Below, piece by piece: positions 54,801 to 64,000 of a DNA stretch of 64,000 bases. This DNA comes from Camelus dromedarius (lineage: Eukaryota). The notes under the pieces are model-generated. The model searched no databases. It saw only the letters and a program-made list of their open reading frames with translations, and had not been told where the DNA came from. Location: NCBI RefSeq assembly GCF_036321535.1, contig NC_087438.1, positions 6,450,001-6,514,000 of the forward strand, in the 5' to 3' direction. Each line of letters opens with the position of its first letter. Position 1 is the first letter of the stretch. A program made the position numbers and the translations under genes.

Positions 54801-57244
54801 ATAAATACCAAATAGGAGACGATTTCAGACTTTAAAGCAAACGATTTTTAGTCTCTAACTCAAATCTTAATTTTTTGTGCAAAACCATCTGTAAACGCTT
54901 AGCGGAGAAATGATGAGCTGCCCAGACACCACACGGCCCTCCTCCCGGCCCCGGGGAGCGCTCAGCAGGACCCCGGGGCTGCCTGCTCGCGTGGGCACGC
55001 TGTTTGTGAATGTGGCTTATTTTTTTTCTGATTTGCATTTCTATTTCTTTGAATAGGATCAGAAAACCCACTGATTAAAGAACCCAGAACTCCACAGTAC
55101 ATTCCATTAAAGTAGAATTTTTCACGGGACCTTATCATCACGTCAAGTTCTTTGGACACTGCTGCTTGTGCGGTTACGCGGCCAGAGGAGTTGGGGCTCA
55201 GGCTATAAAAGGCTTAAGTCCTTCTAATCTAACACATGGACAAATATAGCACACAGGAAATCATTGCAAAGTGCTGATCTAATCTCCGTTTTACTCTATC
55301 TGAAGACGGTTGCTGCCTTAGCCATGCACACTTTCCCTTAACGTCCTACAGATGATAAAAACAAACAGCAGGGAGGCAGAGTGGGTCCTGGGCTAGACGT
55401 GCACCTACAGACAGTCACGGCTGCTCCCCCACCTACCGCAGGAGAAGCGGGAGGCCACAGTTATAAAGTAGGGCAGGAATAGGTCAAAAGCAAATTGCTG
55501 GGATGGGAGAACTTCTAGAAGGTCATGTGGTTGGATTGGCTAACAAATATTTCCAGCACCAGCAAATGTTTTTGCTTGGCATCAAGTCATAGAAAGAGCT
55601 GTTGCTGCATAACAGAATTATGCATCCTTCGGGAGATATCTTTCTCTCACTTGGAGTGTGAAATTCTTGGCAATATCAGCTGGAGCTTCACATAGGTAGA
55701 AAGGTAGAAGAAACCCAGAGCGCTGGAGAGTTACAAAACATCCCGCAGATGGAATATCATCTAACTATACTCCCCGCCCCCCTGCTGACAGTTACATGGT
55801 TCTCGCCAAGAGATGCAGACCTGCAATGGATTGGATGCTCAGTTGCAATGAAAACAACTTTTAATTCATGTGATGGGATAGCTGAATTCAAAAATTAAGT
55901 AAAATAAAATCAAAAGGCACCTCAAGTGACCAGAAAAAAAAAAAAAAAGGTATATGGAAATAGGCAGGGCATGAGGCAGGATATAGCTTGGAGAAACAGT
56001 ATTTCATTTGTTGCTTAAAAAAAGGTTGCTAAAAAAAACACCATGAGTGTTCAGGTTTGGCTCAGGAGGAAGGGGAAATCTTAAATAAGAACGGTAATGA
56101 TAAACACATGCAAAGCTCACTATAATCTTCCCACTTTTTCTTTCACTGCTGTGTACATTAAATTTTCTCATAGCAGGCACCTTTAACAACCAACTCTGTA
56201 AATTTATTATTTCCATATGTTCTTCCCTCTTTTTCCCCTAAATTCCAAACATTGCCCTCAAGAGCTTTCAAAAGCTGAATTAAATCAGAGAAGACGGTGA
56301 GCAATTTTGTGCAGACGCCTTTGAGATTGAAGAATTTAAATCTTATAAATGGTGTGAATAATACATTTGACCCTTAATACAAATTTATTTTACAGGCTTG
56401 CATGAAATCCCTACTACATATCTATGTTACACAGGCTTCACAGATCTAGATGAAATTTTTTCACATGAAATTTTCATTGTAGGAGAATTACCTGTATTCA
56501 TAAGGAACATCCCGATAGAATTTTCAAGTTTCCCCAATGAGAGATGGCTGGCTGGCTTTTATCATGTCCCTTGAGGGGAAAAAAAGCTTAAGAGGTTTCA
56601 AATAACCAGCTTATCAACATCACCTAAGAGTTAATCAGACCAAAGGTAGAGTGAGATTAATATTAAAAGAAGGGTGAATTCTTTTGCATCAGCTTTCACA
56701 TTGCATAATTATAATTCTCACAATTTTGCAACGTGAGCTCTTTGAGAACATACTTGGTCATTCTCAAAGGGAGTCCAATTCCCCTTGTCCACTCCAAGAG
56801 ACACGAAAAGGCACCAACAGCTCTTTCTAGTCGCTCAATGTTTTCATAAGTCATCTTTTAAGTTTCAAGTCATTTGACAATACTTCTTTCAAAATATGAG
56901 AAAATGCAGAAATGAGAAATTCCTGCTCTTCTCCTGGTATCTCAGATTTGGCTGGGAACTATCTGCTAGGGGAAAGGGTTCTGTTTCCCGTCAAGAGAGT
57001 GTCTAGTCAGTTTTTCAATCGATAAAGGTACTGTGTGTTACAGCTTGTTCAGAAATAAATTCAAGATAAGAGTCCATACTTTGTTTATCCACCAGAGTTT
57101 TAGAATATAAAATATTCCATGAAGCACATGTAAGGATTTATTCATGGGATAGATACACCAGAACCCATCACTCGGCTCTGGAGACCAGGCGCGCGGCCCA
57201 ACATTTCTCTTCCTTGCTAACAGAACCCAATTTTGCAAAACAGC

Positions 57245-57609
57245 AAGAGCTGGGACAAGAGTCAGGCAAGTGAGGTCCTCGCCTAGAGTGCGAAGTTTAA
57301 GAGGGTGTCGAAAAATTCAGCAATCAAGATAACATTTCAATGCAATATTTTTAAAGGTGTAAATTAACACCAAAAAAAAAAAAAAAAAAGTCCAGGAGGA
57401 ACAAGCTATCAATATATTAAATAAAGACACTGGAGTTCCAGAGTTGGCCAGAGACAGCTGATCCTGTCTATTTAACATCTGGATAGTTTGTTCATCATGA
57501 TTTCTTTTGTCATTAATATTGTTTTTTTGTTGTTATCTTAGTTACTGACTTTTACGGTGCCTCTGATACATGCATCCAAGGTGAGTTCCTTACCCTATTC
57601 CCAGACCTG
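57245..57609. mobile_element. hAT-type MITE (MER96B-like) with long imperfect inverted arms
   Basis: ctgggacaagagtcaggcaagtgaggtcctcgcctagagtgcgaagtttaagagggtgtcgaaaaattcagcaatcaagataa is mirrored by ttatcttagttactgacttttacggtgcc...ccctattcccagacctg. Confidence 0.75.
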
Positions 57610-57619
57610 CTAGATTCAG

Positions 57620-58063
57620 GGGTTAATTCATGGATTTCCCCATTCCCTTATGCCAGACACTTCCTTTCCCTGTACACCCAGAGACAGCCGTGTGACACAG
57701 CGCTGGCCACTTGCGTATGAACAGTTCTGCTCCCATGAAAGGGTGTGCTTTTGTTGCTGATTCTGATATGAAACAGATGAGTAAAGAAGTAGGTTATTCT
57801 CCACTCTCCTGCAGCTGCCTGCCTCCGAGTACTGCCAACAGCCATCCAAATACGAAGTAAAAACAAAAAGTCAACGCCAAGTCCATGAGGACCACTGAGC
57901 AAAATGACAGAGTTTGGGTCCTTGCTGACATTTCTGAGCTTCTGAACCAGCCTCTGATGCCTAATTCTTTCAGTCGAGTTAGAGAACAATAAATATCCTT
58001 ACGATTTTTATCACTGTTAGCTCAGTCATCCATTACTTGCAGCCAAGATATTTCTAACTGATG
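57620..58063 (+). mobile_element. Old MaLR LTR (MLT1H/J/K-like)
   Basis: 3' end aataaatatcctt...ccattacttgcagccaagatatttctaactgat. Confidence 0.65.
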
Positions 58064-58769
58064 TTGTAAGTCAGGGAGCTTTCAGAGGAAGAGTTCCTAA
58101 AATTCACTGCATTGGTGACTTAAAATATATATTAATATTTCATATCTGAGTTGTTTGCACCTAGATAGTAAGAAAAAGTGCTCTGTCTAAAGTGGAATAT
58201 GGTCCCACTTTAATAAGTTAATTAATTGTAGAAATTGTGAAAATTCAAGGTCAAATCACTCCTTATATAAAATGTGTTGATTTTTTTCCTACTAAGTATT
58301 TGTGATAAAAACATTGTCAATGTCAACAATGTCAACAGAAGTCTCAATTTCTATTTTGCTCTTATAATAGAGAATTTCATTATATTATTTAGAGGAATAA
58401 GAGAAGAGGGAGTTTCTTAAAGAGATAAGGAATGTCCCAAAGGTCCTTTGGCTACATTACTGTCCTAGTTTAAAGAGAACAGAATCATTGGTGTGGTCAA
58501 GTCTTTGATACATTTTTTTGCTTAAAGAGATTGAGACCAAAAGGAAAGGCAATAAGAGATTTCCTTTACATTAGAGAAGTAGTTCATAGCAGAATTACAA
58601 CAATTCCCCAGTTTTCCTTTCCCTAGCTTAGTTTTCTCAAAACGTGAACCATGATGCTTTCCAAAAACTGACTCAGAGATAATGTCAGTTCAGAAGGGCC
58701 TCTGCATAGACACACAGGAACACAGCCCATGCCGAGTTTACTTACAGTGCTAGGCACCGAAGGCCCATC

Positions 58770-58980
58770 CCTGCACTATCCAGCATGGTAGTCACCACGA
58801 ACAGATGACTTTTTATATTCTCATTTTAGCAAATTAAATAAAATTAAAGTTCATTGCTTCAGTTGCATGAGTAACATCTCGGTCCTCAACAGCTACACGT
58901 GGCTAATGGCTACCATCTTCGCCAGTGCAGAATATACGTATTTCCACCCTCACAGAAAGGTCTATTGGACAGCGCTGCTC
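58770..58980. mobile_element. hAT-Charlie MER3-like element
   Basis: ctatccagcatggtagtcacca...agctacacgtggctaatggctaccatc...cacagaaaggtctattggacagcgctg. Confidence 0.8.
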
Positions 58981-59669
58981 TGAATGAACGGGTTCTCTTA
59001 TCGCCCCACTTCTGATTAGAGAAGTACGAAGAAGGAGAGGACCACCTATGGAAAATCAGCCTTGCAAGGAAAAGAGCTGTATGCATTACAACCCAAATTA
59101 CTGCAGCTAAATGCACGCCTCTCTTCCTCTCCACGCTTTTAATAGCTGCTAATTCCAAGAAGTATTATTATCTCTTAAATTAAAAAGTAACTTACAAATC
59201 AGCAGTTCTCAGATGTGATGACATCTTCTCAAAGCACATATGAGTCAGAAATATTTTCCACCATATATTGCCCTTGGGTGGGGGCAGTGTTTTAAGAAGC
59301 AGTTTTCTATATAAATTACCTCTCAAACTGTGTTAACTATAGGGTTTTTAGTTTTTAAAATAACTCTGGAGGGAAAAACTTTACTGATTGAACAGTTTAT
59401 GTGGTGGTTTTTCATTCAAGACCTGAACATTTTGGACTTTAAGTAGCTTTGCTGATACCCACATACACATACACACATATTATTAAATGTTGCATAACAT
59501 GATTCCTATTTTTCTCATTGTAAAGTTCTCGCGTAACACTTGACCTTAGTACCAAGGAAACGTGGCACTGTGTTTTGACAAACTCAGGCGATTTCTTCAG
59601 CAACTTGACTACTGGATCCGACACTCTGACGTGTCCATTCTTCTCCATTAAAGTTGGAACTAAAATACT

Positions 59670-62600
59670 TTTCAAAATTAGCTTCATGAGGTATAATTCA
59701 GACATAGTAATATTTACCAATTAAAATTTGATGACTTTTAACAAATGTATACACCTTGTCACCACCACCTCAATTGTGACCAAAATACTTACATTAACTT
59801 CACTCATTCTCTCACGAGCCTTTGCACCTGAATTCCTTCCTTTGCCCGATACCCAGGCAACTACTAATAGGTTTTGCCCTACTTTAGTTTTACCTTGTAA
59901 AGAATTTCACAAAATGTGGTAAGACAGAATACGTAGTCTCTTCTATTAGGAATCTTTCACTTAGCATAATGCCTTTAAGATGCATCTATTTTGTGCTCTG
60001 TATAACCACTTTGTTTCTTTCTACTTCCGTGAAATCTATTTTACATAATTAATCTGTCCATTCCCATTGATGGACTTTTGAGTTGTTTCCAATTTTTCGT
60101 TAGTAAGAATGAAGTTGCTGTGAACATTTGGGTAAATTTTTTTCTGAAGATATTATTCAACTCTTCTTTGCCCTTGGGCAAATAGCTGTAAGTAGGTTTG
60201 CTGAAATTTAGGGAAAGTATATATTTAACTTTTGAAGAAACCGTGTGTTTTCCAAAGTGGCTGTACTGTGTTGCATCATCAACAGCAAAGCGCAAGGGGT
60301 CCATTTTCACTCCATCCCTGCCAATGCTTGGTATGATCAGTCTTTTTCACTTTAGTCTCTCTGCTGGATGTGTAGGGACATCTCACCATGGTTGTCATTA
60401 GTATTTTGCAAATTGTCTAAATCTTTAGTCCATTTTTTAAGTTGTGGATTATTTATTTTCCTAAGTTGTAAGAGGTTCTTTATATATTCAGGACACAAGA
60501 ATTTTAGCAGATAGATGTTTTGTAAATATTTTCACATAGCATCTGGACTGCTCTTCGATTTTCTCAATGGTGTCTTCAAAGAGCAAACGGTTTTAATTTT
60601 TATGTGATCCAGTTTCTCAAACTTACTTTTATGTGCTATTTGTATTCTAACAAATATCTGCCTAATTCAAGGTCTCAGAAATTGATCTTCTAAGGTTTTC
60701 TTCTAGAGGTTTTATAATTGTAGCTCTTAACTTTAGATCTATGATCCATTCCAGTTAATTTTTGCAGAGAGATGTCCAGTTTTTCCAGAACCATTTGTTG
60801 AAAATGAATTGACAATATATATGTGGGTATTTCTGTCTCTGCTTTCTGTGGCATTGATATCGATGTTTATTCTTGTGCAGACATCACACTACTCAGGTAC
60901 TATAAGCCTTCCAACATTGCTCTTCTTTCCCAAACTGTCTCAGCTTTTCTAACTCCTTTGCATTTTCACGTAAGTTTTAAAATTAGATTTTCAATTTACG
61001 CAATTAAAGCACATAAACTTTTGATTGGATCTGCATGAGTCTGTGGATTGCAATACATATGGTATAGCTGAATTTATATCCTAACATTAAATTTCTGATT
61101 CATGAATATTTATCTCCAATTTCTTAGGTCTTTTTAATTTTGTCAGGAATGTTGGGTAGTTTTCAATGTTGGGCTCCTGCAAATATTTTGTTAAAGGGAT
61201 ATCCTTATTTCATATTTATAAGCTACTGTAACTGATACAAGTTAATTTCAATTTCAAATTATTGGTTAATAGTATATCACAAGGCAATTAAATTTTTTAT
61301 ATTCACTACATATTTTGAAATCATGAGAAGTTCACTTAATAGTTCTAATAGTTCTTTTTAAGATTTCAGTTAGGATCTTCCATATAGATAATCTTGTTCG
61401 CAAGGAAAAAGGAGAAGGAGGAAGAGAAAGGGAAGGAGGAGAAGAAGGAGAAAGAGGAGGAGGAAGAGGAAAAGAAAAAGGAGAAGAGGAACAGGGAGAG
61501 AGAGGAGGAGACAGCTCTGATTCTTCCTGTCTAATCTATACGTCATTTGTTTATTAAATTACTTTTATTATATTTTATTCATATATATATATTCTTTGTT
61601 CATCTATTATTACCTTTTTCAGTGCTAGTACAATGATAACTAAAAGTACTAAAAATGGTAAGAGTCAACATCCTTGTGGGGAAAGTATTCAGCCTTTCAC
61701 CATTAAATGTCATGTTAGATTTAGATTTGTTTTACTGCCTTTTGTCATGTTGTCACAATACCTTCTACTTCTAGTTTTTGTTATGAACGTGTGTTGAATT
61801 TTTATCAAATAATTTTTCTATATCTATTTCAATAAATTTTTAAAAATATTTTTAGTCACTTAATACAATGATTTCCGTTGATTTTCAAGTGTTAAACCTT
61901 GGAAATCCCAAACAATCTTACATTTATGCAGTAAAACCTACTTGGATATATGTATTATCCTTTATACAACGTGCTGGATTCAATTGCTGAAATGTTATTA
62001 AGGGTTTTTGTACCTATGTTTGTGGGAGATATTGGTCTATCATTTCATATTTTGGAATGTCTTCTCTGGTTTTGGTAAGAGTAATGATGACTTCTTAAAT
62101 AAGCTGAGAAGTGTTCATCCTCTTCCAATCTGAAAGAGTACTATCAGTGTCATTTTTTTCCATAAGTATTTGTCAAAATTCACTATTAAAGACATCTGAA
62201 TTTGAAGTTTTCTTTGTTGGAAGATTTTTAACTACAAATTTAATTTCTTTAACGGATATAGAATTAGTCACTTCATCTGAATTTTCTTAAGTGACCTTGG
62301 ATAGATTATTTATCTTCAAAGAATGTATCCATTTCATCTAAGTTGTCAAATTATTGGCATAGAGTTGTTTATCATTTTCCATTACTATTTTCTTTAACTC
62401 AGGTATGTTATGTAGCGATGTCTCCTCATTCATTCCTAGTATCGATAAATATCTCTCTCTCTTGTTTCTAACCAATCTGGTTAGAAGGTTTACTGATATT
62501 ATTGCTCTTGTTAAACAGCTAGGTTTTATTTTCATTGATCTTCATTATTGTTTATTTCTACTTAACTGACTTATGCTCTTATCTTCGTTTTCTTCTTCCT

Positions 62601-63208
62601 TCTGTTTACCATAGGTTTCTTTTGCCTTTTTTAAAGACTTCCTTAAGGAAGATCCCCAAATCATTGATAACAGATCTTTTTCCATCCCTAACATCAGTAA
62701 ATAATGATGTAAACTGCCTTCAAGTTCTGCTTTAGCTATATCACAAATTTGGATAAGTTGTGCTTTTATTGTCATTCAGATGAAAACATTTTAGTTTCCC
62801 TTTTATTTTTTTTTTATTTGATCTATAAGCCATTTAGAATTATACTGTTTAAATTCCAACACAATTTTCTATATATCATTCTGTTACTGATTTTTAGTTT
62901 GAACCTGATGTGCTCATTGATCACACAGCATGATTTCAACCCTTTTAAATGTACTGAGGCTTGATTTATGCTGATCTATGTTTGGATTCCCCATCACTGT
63001 GCTGTCTTGGAAACTACTCTCAGTGAGTTGGGGCAATTATAGGACTCATCCTGTTTATTTCCCTTCTCTGAGTAATTATTCCCTATTCCACCCTCTGCCT
63101 GTTGTCCGTTGTCTGAAAGCTGTACTTGCTAGTACTTTGTCTGGTTTTTGTTTAAGCAAGAAAGTAAATCAGATCCCTTTTTCCCATCATGGCCAGACTG
63201 TAAAGTCC
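59670..63208 (-). mobile_element. Large old LINE-1 (L1M/L1ME-like): 3' end, ORF2 remnants and a 5'-region fragment
   Basis: gaggtataattca...ccaccacctca 3' end; antisense ORF2 motifs (tcagcctttcaccattaaatgt, gggagatattggtcta); minus ORFs 62338-62535 and 62545-62775 show decayed ORF2-like words (e.g. KQLYAN). Confidence 0.85.
61402..61511. repeat. 110-bp GA-rich polypurine tract inside the L1
   Basis: Only one pyrimidine (C61492) in 110 bp. Confidence 0.95.
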
Positions 63209-63349
63209 CCTATATCATTTTTCAACTTAAAAATCATCTGTTTACCAAATCTTGGTCAAACAAGAGTCATATATGACAGAAACTCTCTGTCAACCTGAAT
63301 ATAATTTTCAAAATTAGCCTTATATGTTATGGTTAAAAACTCTATCATG

Positions 63350-63585
63350 TTATATGTAAAATCTAAAACATAATGATGAACTTATTTACAAAACAGAAAC
63401 AGACTCATAGACATAGAAAACAAACTTGTGGTTACCAGTGGGGAAAGGGAGCATGATGAGTAAATTGGGAGTTCAGGATTTGCAGATACTAACCACTATA
63501 TATAAAATAGATAAATGGCAATGTCCTACCCTATAGCACAGGGAACTATATGCAATACCTTGTATAATGAAAAGAATATGAAAAG

Positions 63586-63633
<48 letters not shown>

Positions 63634-63705
63634 AACTGAATCATTATGCTGTATATACACAAGAAATTAACATAACATTGTAAACTGACTACACTTCAAT
63701 TAAAA
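63350..63705 (+). mobile_element. Young 5'-truncated LINE-1 3' end with (TA)20 expansion
   Basis: Perfect 15-bp TSD aaaaactctatcatg at 63335-63349 and 63706-63720 at a TT/AAAA endonuclease site; (TA)20 at 63589-63628. Confidence 0.93.
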
Positions 63706-64000
63706 AAAAACTCTATCATGAAAGAATTCACACAATCATATATTTTGCTTTGCATTATAGTCCCAAAACTAATTATTCTGAGTTAAGGATTTATACCTTG
63801 ATCCATGGATTTACCAGCTAAGATTTTATTTCCTCACTATGAAATGGAGAATTTATGATTTCCATGCTGAAGCTTTATTTTTTGTAGATATGCTTTTTTT
63901 TTTAAAGTAGGGCTGACTCTTTGGAATTAAGAAATATAAGCATTCAAATGAGTTCTAAATTTGAATGAATCATGTTTTATATAATTCTAGTCCATTTTCT

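Larger units (their letters stand above)
1..64000 (-). other. SEMA5A: Interior of the SEMA5A transcription unit; signal-peptide exon lies beyond 64000, next Sema exon (AVEWEC...) before 1
   Basis: Neither flanking coding exon was seen in the window, consistent with the very large introns of SEMA5A. Confidence 0.85.

Noticed and set aside
1..64000. The 60-164 aa ORFs in the supplied six-frame track
   Set aside because: They are short, overlap randomly on both strands, often lie in repeats and resemble no protein I recognise apart from decayed L1 ORF2. The true SEMA5A exon frames are not among them.
1..64000. A novel multi-gene system, CRISPR array or operon
   Set aside because: This is eukaryotic intron sequence; there is no regularly spaced repeat-spacer array or gene cluster.

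Overview
Mammalian genomic DNA, very probably camelid (Camelus/Vicugna/Lama), judged from a tRNA-Ala-derived SINE of the camelid Vic-1 type. The whole window lies inside SEMA5A (semaphorin-5A), transcribed on the minus strand. Only two short coding exons are present: 31388-31487 (100 nt, (E)IGPWLREFRAKNAVDFSQLTFDPGQKELVVGA(R)) and 15811-15856 (46 nt, (R)NYLFRLQLEDLSLIQ). They splice in frame and match the N-terminal Sema domain as I recall it from human SEMA5A. The rest is intron filled with LINE-1 fragments, L2/MIR, MaLR/ERVL solo LTRs, hAT and Tigger MITEs and microsatellites. None of the supplied ORFs looks like a real gene. I found no support for a new multi-gene system. The best oddities are retrotransposition mechanics (an apparently twin-primed inverted SINE, two inverted L1s, nested insertions) and candidate intronic regulatory elements (AP-1 cluster, duplicated homeodomain motif, octamer sites). 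Repeat family names come from recalled consensus sequences, and boundaries without TSDs are approximate.
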